Shown piece after piece: positions 48,733 to 58,967 of a DNA stretch of 64,000 nucleotides; within the stretch, counting starts at the first letter, position 1; each line of letters opens with the position of its first letter. A model generated the notes under the pieces. The model saw only the letters and a list, made by a program, of their open reading frames with translations, searched no databases and was not told the DNA's origin. Source of the stretch: an uncultured Candidatus Saccharibacteria bacterium (GTDB lineage: Bacteria; Patescibacteriota; Doudnabacteria; UBA920); NCBI GenBank assembly GCA_964436545.1, contig CAYTCJ010000006.1:4729-68728 (forward strand), written 5' to 3'. The translations under genes were made by a program, and so were the position numbers.

Positions 48733-50214
48733 ATGATTATATCTAAAAGAATTAATCTAATTAATCTCTGCCGAATATTTTTTTTATTATTTCTATTCTC
48801 AATCTTTTTTCCTATTCGTTATGTCTTCCCTACCTCGGAAAGCTATATTACTGGGCTTTATTCAGACTTTACTACTTTTTCCTTATATTTAAGCGATATA
48901 TTCTTATTTATTGCTTTTTTCTTTATTTTGTGGTATAATTATAAATATTTTATTGAATTCATTGTTAATTGTAAATTGCTAGTTGCTTTATGGATTTGGC
49001 TTATATTAGCCATTTTTATTTTTAATCCGCATATCTCAGGTTTAAATTTTTGGTCATTTTTTAAGTTTTTTGAACTCATTGTTGTTGCATATGGAACAAT
49101 TAAGGCAATTTTCAATTATCAATTTTCAATTTCGAAATCTTGGTTTTTAGGCATGTTCATATTATTAGGCACGGTTCAATCAATAATTGGGCTAATGCAA
49201 TTTCTTAAACAAGCGCCAATTGGCCTAAGTAAATTAGGAGAGCAACAAATTTACCCTTATTTAAGCGGAGTAGCCAAAATAGTTTCAGGTGGAACAATCT
49301 ATATTCGTGCCTATGGCACCTTTCCTCATCCTAATATTTTGAGTGTTTTTTTGTTAGTTGCAATATTTTTGCTTATTCATCTTTCGTTAAATCAGCAAAA
49401 ACCTAATTTAACAAGCAACTTATTCTCTAAGCACTACTCTCTCATCACTAAAATTATCCTTAATTTAGCGCTTTTTATAAATATCCTTGGTTTGACTGTC
49501 ACTTTTTCACGTGGAGCATTCTTAGCTTTAGGGTTAGGATTATTGGTATTTTTTGGACTACTGGCTTATTGGCTCAAAAAGCCTGTCATTCTGAACTCGT
49601 TTCAGAACCTAGATTCCAGATCGGTCCGCCCACTGGCAGACAGCATGACAAAAAACCTAAAAGTAGTTGCCATTAATATACTTTTAGCTTTAGCTGTGGC
49701 ATTTTTAATTTTCAAACCTTTTCTCCTTTCACGTGCCACAATTTCCGATCAAGCTACAATAGAAAGAAAAATTTACAACCAAACAGCCAGAAACATGATT
49801 AAAGCTAATCCGGTTATTGGCAAGGGAGCAGGGGAGAGTCTGCTTCATATGGAACAATATAGCCCAGTTAAACTAAAACCGTGGCAAATTCAGCCGATTC
49901 ATAACTATTTTTTGCTATCTGCCTCAGAGATTGGAATATTTGGGTCTCTAATTTTAATTTTGGTATTTCTCTCTCATCTGTTTGGAATTTGGAATTTAAA
50001 AATTTGGGATTTATTTAAAAATTGGAAATTAGAAATTAGAAATTTAAAAACCAGCTTTTACCGCCTAACTCTTTTTACCATCTTAATATGTTTTATAATA
50101 TTAATGCTCTTTGACCATTACTTTTATACCATTCAATCTACCCAAATGCTCTTATGGATGACTTTGGGAATAATTGCATCCACAAAAGAAAATGAAATTA
50201 ATCAAAATCCTTGA
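48733..50214 (+). CDS. O-antigen ligase family (Wzy_C) membrane protein
   Basis: RAYGTFPHPN, TFSRGA, PIHNYFL, FDHY. Confidence 0.88.
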   Translation: MIISKRINLINLCRIFFLLFLFSIFFPIRYVFPTSESYITGLYSDFTTFSLYLSDIFLFIAFFFILWYNYKYFIEFIVNCKLLVALWIWLILAIFIFNPHISGLNFWSFFKFFELIVVAYGTIKAIFNYQFSISKSWFLGMFILLGTVQSIIGLMQFLKQAPIGLSKLGEQQIYPYLSGVAKIVSGGTIYIRAYGTFPHPNILSVFLLVAIFLLIHLSLNQQKPNLTSNLFSKHYSLITKIILNLALFINILGLTVTFSRGAFLALGLGLLVFFGLLAYWLKKPVILNSFQNLDSRSVRPLADSMTKNLKVVAINILLALAVAFLIFKPFLLSRATISDQATIERKIYNQTARNMIKANPVIGKGAGESLLHMEQYSPVKLKPWQIQPIHNYFLLSASEIGIFGSLILILVFLSHLFGIWNLKIWDLFKNWKLEIRNLKTSFYRLTLFTILICFIILMLFDHYFYTIQSTQMLLWMTLGIIASTKENEINQNP

Positions 50215-50617
50215 GGGCACACGAACAGACGCCCTCATAATAGCAATTTTAATATTTTATGGATTTTATTCGCATCCACATTTTAATTTGTGGACAATCT
50301 TAAGTATTTTTTGTTTTACCACAGGTGCTGGACTAGGTTTAATGGCTCGGCATCAATTAGGTAAAGCATTTTCCGTTAAACCAAAAGCCACCATATTGGT
50401 AAAACATGGGGTCTACGCCAAAATTAAGCATCCAATATATTTGGCCGGAATGATCATTAACTTGGGCTTTTGTTTTCTTTATCAACACTGGATTATTTAT
50501 ATAATTTCATTTTTCTTTTTAATTTTACAAATCTTTAGAGCAACGAAGGAAGAAAAAATCTTAACCAATACCTTTGGACAAGAGTATATAACTTACAAAA
50601 AATCAACTTGGTTTTAA
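50192..50617 (+). CDS. Isoprenylcysteine carboxyl methyltransferase/PEMT family protein
   Basis: GVYAKIKHPIY, EEKIL..FG.EY..YKK. Confidence 0.85.
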   Translation: MKLIKILEGTRTDALIIAILIFYGFYSHPHFNLWTILSIFCFTTGAGLGLMARHQLGKAFSVKPKATILVKHGVYAKIKHPIYLAGMIINLGFCFLYQHWIIYIISFFFLILQIFRATKEEKILTNTFGQEYITYKKSTWF

Positions 50618-50702
50618 AAATCCCCATCCGCCAACTGGCGGAAGGGGATTGAATTTTATAAAACATCCGTGTTATCTGTGATTGTCTGTGTATCTGTGAT
50701 AT

Positions 50703-51173
50703 TTACTTATGATACTGCTTCCCAGCTAAAATTGCACAAGCTCTATATATCTGTTCTTCCAATACTACTCTTGCCAAATTATGAGGAAAAGTAAGCGGGG
50801 AGAGAGAAACCGAATAATTACTGTATTGCTTTAAAGATTCGTGAAGTCCTACACCACTGCCAATTACAAACACCAGTTCTTTACCCAAACCTCCGGTGCG
50901 TTGTAAAAATTCCGCAAAAACCGAACTATCTCTTAAAGTGCCTTTTTCTTCCAAAAGAATTACCAGCGCATCGGCCGGTAAATTTTTTATAATACTTTCC
51001 GCTTCCTTTTCTTTTACTCTCTCAATGGAATCATTTTTCCGATACGGTTCTTCGGGCAATTCCACTATTTTAACCTTGGCAAAAGGGGAGAGACGTTTTA
51101 AAAATTCTTTTTCCAATTCCAAATACGCATTTTCTTTAAACTTCCCTAAACAAATAATTCTTATCTTGAGCAT
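50703..51173 (-). CDS. rlmH: 23S rRNA pseudouridine-1915 N3-methyltransferase
   Basis: FVIGSGVG, SLSPLTFPH, LEEQIYRA..YHK; start ATG 51173. Confidence 0.93.
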   Translation of the reverse strand: MLKIRIICLGKFKENAYLELEKEFLKRLSPFAKVKIVELPEEPYRKNDSIERVKEKEAESIIKNLPADALVILLEEKGTLRDSSVFAEFLQRTGGLGKELVFVIGSGVGLHESLKQYSNYSVSLSPLTFPHNLARVVLEEQIYRACAILAGKQYHK

Positions 51174-51248
51174 AAACCAATTATACAAAAAATAAGGGGG
51201 TCGTCGCAAGCTATCTTGCAACGACCCCGACGAATCCTCACCAGTTTA

Positions 51249-51443
51249 TCATCGCCTAAGATCAGATTTGAACAAAACTTCTTCATTCATGTCGTCGCCG
51301 ACATGAATGCTTTTTACGACACGCGCAGAGCGCGCATCTACGAGCTCCTTTGCACGTTTAGCATTTTCTGCCACGACGATGGCAGTACCGTGTGTGGTAA
51401 CCCACATGGCACCGCCCGTAATTTCCATAACAAACAGTTTCAT
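51249..51443 (-). CDS. Small hypothetical protein (64 aa)
   Basis: AAGGAGG RBS, ATG, downstream hairpin 51196-51229, higher GC than flanks. Confidence 0.6.
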   Translation of the reverse strand: MKLFVMEITGGAMWVTTHGTAIVVAENAKRAKELVDARSARVVKSIHVGDDMNEEVLFKSDLRR

Positions 51444-51581
51444 AAAACCTCCTTACTTTTAAAATTTACTTGTTTACCAAAATATGGTAAACTTATTTTG
51501 AATAATTATTTAATATATATTATTTTTCTTTTATTTAAGCCCAAATTTATGAAATTTTTCGTCAAAAATAATTGACAATTT

Positions 51582-52331
51582 ATGAAAAATAACATTTTAT
51601 CGTGGTTGAAATCTTCGGGACTGGACGAACAAAGGGCAAGTATTTTTTTAGCTCTTTTGAGTTTAGGAGAATCTACTGCCAAACAGATTTCTGAAAAAGT
51701 TAAGCTGGGTAGAACAGCGGTTTACGACAATTTAAGAATTTTAGAAGAAAAAGGTTATGTAAAATCTATAAGGCTTGGTAAAAGGCAAAAATTTGTTCCC
51801 ACACACCCCAACGAACTTTACAAACAATACGAAAGCAAAAAACAACAGTTAAAAGAACTGCTTCCGGATTTTTTGGCATTATACGCAGAAAAAAATTCTA
51901 AACCTTTTGCGCAATTATTTGAGGGCCCATACGCAGCAAGAGAAATTTACGAAGATATATTAAGAGTTGAAGAGAAAGAATATGTTTACTTTTCACCATC
52001 TGAATTAACTCTACAAGTGGTCAATCGTAAATTTATAGAAGACTGGATAAAACGTAGGGTAGCAACAGGCATACGCTCTCGTTCTTTACGAGTAAAATCT
52101 AAAACAGTGCCCAATGCCCCGATTTTTAACGAAGAAACTACATATCTTAGACAAATTCGATATTTAAACGGCTTTGTGGATTTAAAAGCAGCTATTTATA
52201 TTTACGGAAATAATATTGGGGTAATTTCCACCATAAGAGAAAACAGTGCGTTTATTATACACTCGCATGACTTAGCATTTAGTCTAAAACAAATTTTTGA
52301 ATTTATGTGGCAATTATCTTTAAAATCATAG
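51582..52331 (+). CDS. TrmB family transcriptional regulator
   Basis: N-terminal wHTH (LGRTAVYDNL..LEEKG), C-terminal PLD-like effector domain. Confidence 0.85.
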   Translation: MKNNILSWLKSSGLDEQRASIFLALLSLGESTAKQISEKVKLGRTAVYDNLRILEEKGYVKSIRLGKRQKFVPTHPNELYKQYESKKQQLKELLPDFLALYAEKNSKPFAQLFEGPYAAREIYEDILRVEEKEYVYFSPSELTLQVVNRKFIEDWIKRRVATGIRSRSLRVKSKTVPNAPIFNEETTYLRQIRYLNGFVDLKAAIYIYGNNIGVISTIRENSAFIIHSHDLAFSLKQIFEFMWQLSLKS

Positions 52332-52382
52332 AGACTTTACACATAAAACTTATTTATATAAAATTATTCAGTGTAAACCTTT

Positions 52383-52773
52383 GGGCCTGTAGTAAAGTGG
52401 TCCACCAAAGGCGGATAAATATTACACGGCATTTTCACCCCGTTACTCAAAATTCAACTAGGGCTCATGGTCCAGTGGTAAGAAGTGGCATTTTTATCTC
52501 GTATTAAATTTTAATTTTCTGGGGGTATAGTAAAGTGGTATTACACGGCATTCGCATTGCCGGGGCTCGGGTTCGATTCCCGATACCTCCACCATAAAAA
52601 TTTTAATACTGGAATGCATTGCCGACTTGTCCGACGAAGCTTTAGCGAAGTCAGAGGCGGGGGTTCGACTGCAGTCCTCCGTAGCTTTCTTGTCCACCAT
52701 AGCTTTCTCGTCCGATGAAGTCACTTAGGTGACGAAGTTGGAAGCGAAGGATGGATTCCCCCCAGGTCCACCA
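52383..52773 (+). pseudogene. tRNA-Ala(TGC) split by four insertions
   Basis: Pieces about 52383-52401, 52421-52433, 52615-52625, 52656-52668 and 52756-52773 rebuild a complete cloverleaf. Confidence 0.8.
52521..52594 (+). tRNA. tRNA-Ala(CGC) nested in the split tRNA
   Basis: GGGGGTA..TACCTCC-ACCA with G3:U70, loop TTCGCAT. Confidence 0.92.
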
Positions 52774-52783
52774 AATTTACTTA

Positions 52784-53494
52784 ATGAAAAATATTACTCA
52801 CCAAAAACAAAAAAAACTTTGGAACCTAGAACACCAAAAGCCTTTTATGCTTTTACCTATGGACTCACAGACACCCTCAAAAGGTGTCGTTTTTTTTTAT
52901 AACTGGTTAAAGAAAAACTATAAACAGAAAAGCCTCAAAGGCTTAGAAATGGGCTCGGGTAAAGGTAGGAACTCTATTTGGCTAACTCAGCAAGGGGTTA
53001 ATATGACTGGATTTGATTTTTCCAAAATTGCAATTAATCACGCAAAAAATAGAATGAAAACTTTAAACTTAAAACACCATATAAAATTTTTGGTTGGGGA
53101 TGCGACTAAAACTTGGCCGTTCAAAAATAATCAATTTGACTTTGGAATTGACTGCTTTGCTTCAACTGACATAGAAACATCTAAAGGCAGAGATTTTGCC
53201 AACAAAGAGTTTTGGCGGGTATTAAAACCACAGGGCGTATTATTTCTGTATTTACTTTCTACTGAAGACCAGTTTCATCGGCAAATGATCCAAACATCAC
53301 CCGCTAACGAACCCAATGCTTTTTTGCATCCCAAGACCGGTAAATATGAAAAGGTGTTTAACCAAAATGAAATAAAAAAACTCTATAAAGACTGGAAATT
53401 TATTCAAATCAAACGGATTACCAAAACCGCCACCTTTTTTGGCAAAAAGTATAACTGTAAACATTTTTGGATAATTCTTGAAAAAACAAAATAA
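52784..53494 (+). CDS. Class I SAM-dependent methyltransferase
   Basis: LEMGSGKGRN, RVLKPQG; ATG 52784 lies just after the split tRNA. Confidence 0.88.
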   Translation: MKNITHQKQKKLWNLEHQKPFMLLPMDSQTPSKGVVFFYNWLKKNYKQKSLKGLEMGSGKGRNSIWLTQQGVNMTGFDFSKIAINHAKNRMKTLNLKHHIKFLVGDATKTWPFKNNQFDFGIDCFASTDIETSKGRDFANKEFWRVLKPQGVLFLYLLSTEDQFHRQMIQTSPANEPNAFLHPKTGKYEKVFNQNEIKKLYKDWKFIQIKRITKTATFFGKKYNCKHFWIILEKTK

Positions 53495-53563
53495 AATAAC
53501 TTTTAAAGCCCTGTAACATTTCAGGGCTTTTTGCATTATACTTATGCTAGCAATAATTCATAT

Positions 53564-54082
53564 ATGAAAACCGACGAAAAATTACTTGTAAAACAAGCGC
53601 AAAGCGGGGACAGGGAAGCCTTAGGAAAACTTTGGGATCTTATTACCCCAAAACTTTTTGGCTACCTTATAAACACTCTGCGCAATAAACAATTAGCCGA
53701 AGATATTTTACAAACCACTTGGCTAAAAGCCATAAAAGCACTGCACACTTTTCAAAACAGGGAAGCGGGAATTAGTCCGTGGCTGTTTGCCATTGCCAAA
53801 AACGAATGCAAACAACATTGGCGAAAAAAAACTCCCAATACTGAACTTAACGATGAAACTATTAGCATAAATTCATCCAATATAGAAATAAATAAAAATA
53901 ACTTATTAGTTGAACAAATCTTAAATAAGTTAGAGGAAACAGACCGCGAACTTATCCGCCTTCGCTACATTGCCGATCTCTCACCCAACGACATTGCCAA
54001 AATTTTAAATATTAATTTTGTAGCTGTGCGCGTGAGGCTCCACCGAGCCATTAAACGCGCACAAATCATTGCCAATCAATAA
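53564..54082 (+). CDS. ECF RNA polymerase sigma factor
   Basis: AQSGDREA, AEDILQTTW, WLFAIAKN, region 4 VRVRLHRA. Confidence 0.92.
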   Translation: MKTDEKLLVKQAQSGDREALGKLWDLITPKLFGYLINTLRNKQLAEDILQTTWLKAIKALHTFQNREAGISPWLFAIAKNECKQHWRKKTPNTELNDETISINSSNIEINKNNLLVEQILNKLEETDRELIRLRYIADLSPNDIAKILNINFVAVRVRLHRAIKRAQIIANQ

Positions 54083-54086
54083 CTTT

Positions 54087-55313
54087 ATGAAAAATATTAA
54101 TACCTTGTTAACCACTTGGGGTAAAAGCCAAGAGCAAACACCACCTAATAATTTGGCTTTAAAAAACCAACTCTTAGCACACTGGGACACGCTACCCAAA
54201 CCGTATAACCAAAAAACTTTTACTTTCCCTTGGCTGTCTATGGCTTTTGCCAGTTTAGCCATTATTCTGGTTATTGCCCAAGCTTCTCCCATTAACCAGA
54301 CATCTAATTTTACTCAATCTGATAATCAATTTGGAAAGAGTCCAATGCCGAATGAGTTGATGCAAGAAGAAATAAAAACCAAAGCCATAAATGAACAAGA
54401 CAGTAGTCTTTCCAATTCCGCTCCAGCTCTTAACAATAATTTTGCTAAAGAAAAATTGGATACTTCAGAAACACTTGCAAGAAGATCCCATTCCACTTTT
54501 GCCCCAGATTTTTATTTACCAAATCCAGCCTCACCGCCAATTACCGATAACCGCCAATTCTTAAGAACCGCTTATAGCGCACTGGTAAAAACCAGACACA
54601 CCTCTAAACTTACCACGCAAATTCAAATGACCATAAAAGGCTTAGATGGCCGAGTAGATACGATTAATAACTTACCCACCAGCGGGTATATAAGCTTTGT
54701 CATTCCCAGCAGTCGGTTAGAAAATTTTAAACAAGCATTAATTAATTTGGTAGACAAAAAATTTGTTCTTGAAACTATTACAGCAGAAAATCTGCTTCCC
54801 GAAAAACAAAGTATAGAAAAACAACAAACCCAAACCAGTAATGCCATTAACTCGCTTAATTTAGATAGGGAAAATTTAACTAAAGCACACAACCAGAAAA
54901 CTGCCAACTTACAAGCTCAAATTAATAATCTTACCCAAGAGCTTAAAGCTTTAGACAGTCAATACCCTGCGTGGTCAGCAGAGTATCAGGAGCAACAAAA
55001 AACCTTGCTCAAGGCTCGCGCTTCACTTCAACAACAACTGAATGCGGAAAATTTTAATTATCAAAATAGTTTAAATAATTTAAACGAGCAAATAAAATAT
55101 AACGAAAACCAATTAACCAACTTAAGCGAACAAGACCAAACTTTACTAGACACCGTAGCTACCGTAAGAGGGGAGATTGCCATTCAAAGCATAAACTGGC
55201 TTCAAGCTCTACACACCTATTTTTCAGTTTATTGGCTAGCTTTGATCTTGCTTTGTCTTGCCGGACTTACTTTCTTCTTCCGCCAAAACAAAACCAATAT
55301 GGTTTTACCGTAA
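54087..55313 (+). CDS. DUF4349-like membrane coiled-coil protein (possible anti-sigma partner)
   Basis: TM near both ends, long coiled coil, directly follows the ECF sigma gene. Confidence 0.65.
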   Translation: MKNINTLLTTWGKSQEQTPPNNLALKNQLLAHWDTLPKPYNQKTFTFPWLSMAFASLAIILVIAQASPINQTSNFTQSDNQFGKSPMPNELMQEEIKTKAINEQDSSLSNSAPALNNNFAKEKLDTSETLARRSHSTFAPDFYLPNPASPPITDNRQFLRTAYSALVKTRHTSKLTTQIQMTIKGLDGRVDTINNLPTSGYISFVIPSSRLENFKQALINLVDKKFVLETITAENLLPEKQSIEKQQTQTSNAINSLNLDRENLTKAHNQKTANLQAQINNLTQELKALDSQYPAWSAEYQEQQKTLLKARASLQQQLNAENFNYQNSLNNLNEQIKYNENQLTNLSEQDQTLLDTVATVRGEIAIQSINWLQALHTYFSVYWLALILLCLAGLTFFFRQNKTNMVLP

Positions 55314-55486
55314 TTTAAATCTTGCTGTTAAATCATTCTCATATTCTCAAGAATATGAGAATGATTTATTTTATTAAAACCAACCCAAACTCTCTATGGT
55401 CTTATTCGCGCGAATAATACCATAGAGGCTTCAACAATAATTTTTTACAACCCCGTCCTTTACTAAAGGCAGGATTATTTTTTTAT

Positions 55487-55515
55487 TTGACTAAAAACAT
55501 AAAGGCTGGTAAGTT
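55487..55515 (+). promoter_or_regulatory. sigma70 promoter TTGACT-17-TAAGTT
   Basis: Precedes AAGGAGG RBS and ATG 55559. Confidence 0.55.
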
Positions 55516-55558
55516 AGCAAAAGTCGGTAAATTTCAAAACGAAAAGGAGGCCAAAAAA

Positions 55559-56671
55559 ATGGCCATGAAAATTGACGGTTTGGAAATCGAATACACAAAT
55601 CACCGCATGGTTACCCCTTTACAAATCGGCGACAAGCCCCCGATGAAAGACATCACCCGTCTGGTGGTTAACGCCACCGTGGACGGAGTGCGAGGAGTCG
55701 GAGAAGCCACTCTTGCCGATGTCTGGGCAGGGGCAGACTTGGAGGAGATGAAGGCTTACGCCTCAGCTCTGCAAGCCCGAATGCGAGGAATGGATACGGA
55801 AAACCCCCTTGAATTATATAAGAAAATGGTGCCGACCATGCTAGCTGACTCGGACATCAACAAAGTTGCACAATTGATCGTCTGGGCGGGGTTCTACAAC
55901 GCACTGTGGGATGCGTACGGCAAAATGCACGAGAAGCATCCCTGCCTCATGCTGGGCGAAGTTGATAAGAGATACGCTGGCATTTTTCTCCCTATGCCTC
56001 GCAAGAAGGTGTACTTGGAGTACACCTATGGGGGCGCAAGCAAATTACTTGGTGAGAGGGGACTGCTTGCGGCAAAGCACCAACGAGGCTACCGGGTAGT
56101 CAAAGTGAAGTGCGGAGGGGACCCCGAAGAGGACTTCAAGAAAATGATGGCGATCTACGCAGCCACCGGCTGCCAACTGTGGCCGGACTTCAACGGATCG
56201 GGAACACCTGAGGGAGTCAAACAACTCTGCAACGCCCTCAAGGCGTGCCTCCGTCAGGGAGAATTGCTCGCCGTGGAGCAACCCTTCTCGGTGGCGGAGA
56301 CCTTCAAAATCGACATCCACGGCATGGGCCACGTTCCCTTTTTCTTAGACGAGTCCGCGGTCATGCCTGAGGACATCCTTGCCGCCAAAGCGCTGGGCTA
56401 CCTGGGAATAGTGGTGAAGGCAGACAAGGGCGGTCTGTCCCACGTGGCAGAGATGGTGCGGGTTGCCAAAGAGCACAGAATGTTGGTGTCGGTCCAGGAC
56501 CTGACCAGTGACCCCTGGCCGTCGCTCGGAATCGCCGCCTACCTCCGCGATCTCCACGGACACATAGCCGAGATGAACCAAATCGAGCTTCTGGTGACCC
56601 CGAAGCCCGTCGTTATCCAGAACGGGTGCGTTGACACAAGCCAGCTGACAGGTCCAGGGTTCTACCCGTAG
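55559..56671 (+). CDS. Enolase superfamily (MR/MLE-like) enzyme, high GC
   Basis: GVGEA, KVK, metal ligands PDFN / VEQP / LDES, second Lys VVKADK. Confidence 0.82.
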   Translation: MAMKIDGLEIEYTNHRMVTPLQIGDKPPMKDITRLVVNATVDGVRGVGEATLADVWAGADLEEMKAYASALQARMRGMDTENPLELYKKMVPTMLADSDINKVAQLIVWAGFYNALWDAYGKMHEKHPCLMLGEVDKRYAGIFLPMPRKKVYLEYTYGGASKLLGERGLLAAKHQRGYRVVKVKCGGDPEEDFKKMMAIYAATGCQLWPDFNGSGTPEGVKQLCNALKACLRQGELLAVEQPFSVAETFKIDIHGMGHVPFFLDESAVMPEDILAAKALGYLGIVVKADKGGLSHVAEMVRVAKEHRMLVSVQDLTSDPWPSLGIAAYLRDLHGHIAEMNQIELLVTPKPVVIQNGCVDTSQLTGPGFYP

Positions 56672-56858
56672 AATAGAAAACACCTTTGCCCTAAAATAAA
56701 AAAACAACAATCAAGGGGCAGGGTGTAAAATGGCCAGTGGCGGGCTGAAAGGAGGCAGTTTGCCACACAAACAAAACGGCGCTTGGAGTGCGAACTCTCG
56801 AGCGCCGTTATTTTTTTAATCTCTTTCTCTATCTATCTCTTTCTCTAACTCTCTCCCC

Positions 56859-57428
56859 CTACAACCACCTCTGCAAATATTTACCCGCCACTCGCTCTAC
56901 GAGTAAAAAGAAAACTATCATAACAAAAGGCAAAACATCTACAAACCGAGAATAGTGCACAAATTTAAATAAATACTCACTAAACGAATAACTCAAAAGG
57001 CCAATAACGCTTAACCAAAACACGACGGAAATTATTGAGGCGCGAACAAATTTTTGCATAGGTAAATTTAACATTCCGGTGCGAATTAATATGGCTCTAT
57101 GCACGCCGTAGATAAATTTGGAAACTACAAAAATATGGGTAGTTTTATTTTGAATATGTGGGTCAAACCGACTGGCAATTTTATTTACCCAAGCATTAAT
57201 TTTGGGAAAGCGGGTCAAGCGCTTGCCCGTGTAATACAATAACCACTGTTCAAGCATGGCACCAAACAGCACGCAGAGCAGAGAGGGCACAGCCGGCACC
57301 GAACCCACGGAAATTAAAAAAATCACCGTTAAAGCAAACAACAAACCTTCCACTAACATTCCGAGCACAAAAAAAGTGTAAACTAAGACGTCTAAATTGT
57401 GAGCTAATAAATAATTAAAAATTTCCAT
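56859..57428 (-). CDS. DedA/VTT domain membrane protein
   Basis: LVEG..., YYTGKR, SKFIYGVHR..GM. Confidence 0.8.
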   Translation of the reverse strand: MEIFNYLLAHNLDVLVYTFFVLGMLVEGLLFALTVIFLISVGSVPAVPSLLCVLFGAMLEQWLLYYTGKRLTRFPKINAWVNKIASRFDPHIQNKTTHIFVVSKFIYGVHRAILIRTGMLNLPMQKFVRASIISVVFWLSVIGLLSYSFSEYLFKFVHYSRFVDVLPFVMIVFFLLVERVAGKYLQRWL

Positions 57429-57441
57429 TGATCAAAATAAT

Positions 57442-58965
57442 TTAATTAACATCTACCACTAATTCAATTTCCGCGCCTAACTGTTTTAACCGGCTGGCTA
57501 AATCTTCGTAACCTCGGTTAATGGAATAAACATTTCTTAAAATCGATTCACCCTGAGCCGAAAGCATACCAATGAGAATTATAGCCGCTGGCCTTAAAGC
57601 CGGAGGACACACCATATCTGCTCCTTTTAGTTCAGTTTTACCGTCTACATACACTCGGTGAGGATCGGCTAAAATAATTTTCGCTCTCAACTTATTTAAT
57701 TCCGTATAGTAGATAGCTCGGTTTTCATACACCCAATCGTGAATCAAAGTTTGGCCTTGGCTTTGCGTGGCTATGGGCACAAAAAATGGCAAGTTATCTA
57801 TATTAATACCCAAATTAGAGGGTAGAGGATGAAGTTTCTCTTCTAAAGCCACAAGCTTAGAGGGCAAAGTTTGTATATCCACTAAATTCATCCAACCATT
57901 GGTGGATTTATAGGTCTTTAACACTTTATATTTAAAGCCCATTTTTTCCAGTTTGAGTAATTCTAAACGTAAAAAATCTATGGGACATCCTTCTATAACC
58001 ATACCGGAATGAGTGGTAATGGCAATCGATAAAAACATCATGGCTTCAATGGGATCTTCGCCAATATTATATTCCACTCGCTTATTTATTTCCCTGACTC
58101 CTCTAATTTTTAGCGTTTGACTGCCCAATCCTTCTATTTTTACACCCAATTTTATTAAGAACTGGCATAAATCTTGGACCATATAATTAGCCGAGGCTAA
58201 TTGAATGGTAGTTTCGCCCACAATTTTGGAGGCCGTAATTAATGCGTTCTCCGTAACCGTATCGCCGGTTTCATAAAGCACTATGTCTGCAGGGTGTAAC
58301 TCCTTAGCCGTAATTTTATACTCATCATGAATGGTTTGAATCTTTACACCTAATTTTTCCAAAGCAAACATATGGGGCCTAACTGTTCTCGCTCCCAATT
58401 TACAACCACCGCTTAACGGCCAAGAAAAAGTTTTAAATAAATGCGCCAAAGGCCCAATCATCATTAAGGCAGCTCTGGTTTTAGTGACGGCTAATCGGTC
58501 AACTTTTTTTGGATCTAAAGTTTCGCATTTAATTTCCAAATCATTCGGCCCGAGCCAATTAACCTCTGCTCCCAAACTGGTTAACACCTCTATCATTCTA
58601 AACACTTCTTCAATTTTGGGCACACCCCGCAAAATGGTTTTGCCCGCATTTAACAAACTCGCGGACATAATGGCAATCGCGGAATTTTTTGAAGCATTGA
58701 CCTTAATATTACCGTGTAATTTTTTACCCCCCTGGATTTTAAAATTCAGTGCTTGCCCGCCTAAGGTGATGATTTCACGGTTTAAAACTTTACTCAGCTT
58801 TAACAGTAAGGCCGTAGAAAAATTTTGTTCGCCCTTTTCCATTCTAGCCACGGCCGATTGGCTGGTTTTTAGTCGTTTGGCAAATTCTTGTTGTGTCCAA
58901 GCCTTTTGTTCCCGCAAACTACTAATTAATTGGGCTAACTTCAAGTTTTTAGTCTTTATTTCCAT
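57442..58965 (-). CDS. murA: UDP-N-acetylglucosamine 1-carboxyvinyltransferase with N-terminal XRE HTH
   Basis: WTQQEFAKRLKTSQSAVARMEKG HTH; SKNSA, GGCKLGAR, YENR, INRGYE. Confidence 0.93.
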   Translation of the reverse strand: MEIKTKNLKLAQLISSLREQKAWTQQEFAKRLKTSQSAVARMEKGEQNFSTALLLKLSKVLNREIITLGGQALNFKIQGGKKLHGNIKVNASKNSAIAIMSASLLNAGKTILRGVPKIEEVFRMIEVLTSLGAEVNWLGPNDLEIKCETLDPKKVDRLAVTKTRAALMMIGPLAHLFKTFSWPLSGGCKLGARTVRPHMFALEKLGVKIQTIHDEYKITAKELHPADIVLYETGDTVTENALITASKIVGETTIQLASANYMVQDLCQFLIKLGVKIEGLGSQTLKIRGVREINKRVEYNIGEDPIEAMMFLSIAITTHSGMVIEGCPIDFLRLELLKLEKMGFKYKVLKTYKSTNGWMNLVDIQTLPSKLVALEEKLHPLPSNLGINIDNLPFFVPIATQSQGQTLIHDWVYENRAIYYTELNKLRAKIILADPHRVYVDGKTELKGADMVCPPALRPAAIILIGMLSAQGESILRNVYSINRGYEDLASRLKQLGAEIELVVDVN

Positions 58966-58967
58966 AA

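Noticed and set aside
52434-52614. Group I intron in the tRNA-Ala anticodon loop
   Set aside because: The insert is short, largely made of tRNA sequence, and shows no recognisable group I core.
52307-52724. ORFs 52307..52507 and 52494..52724
   Set aside because: They are shadows of tRNA pieces and hairpin repeats.
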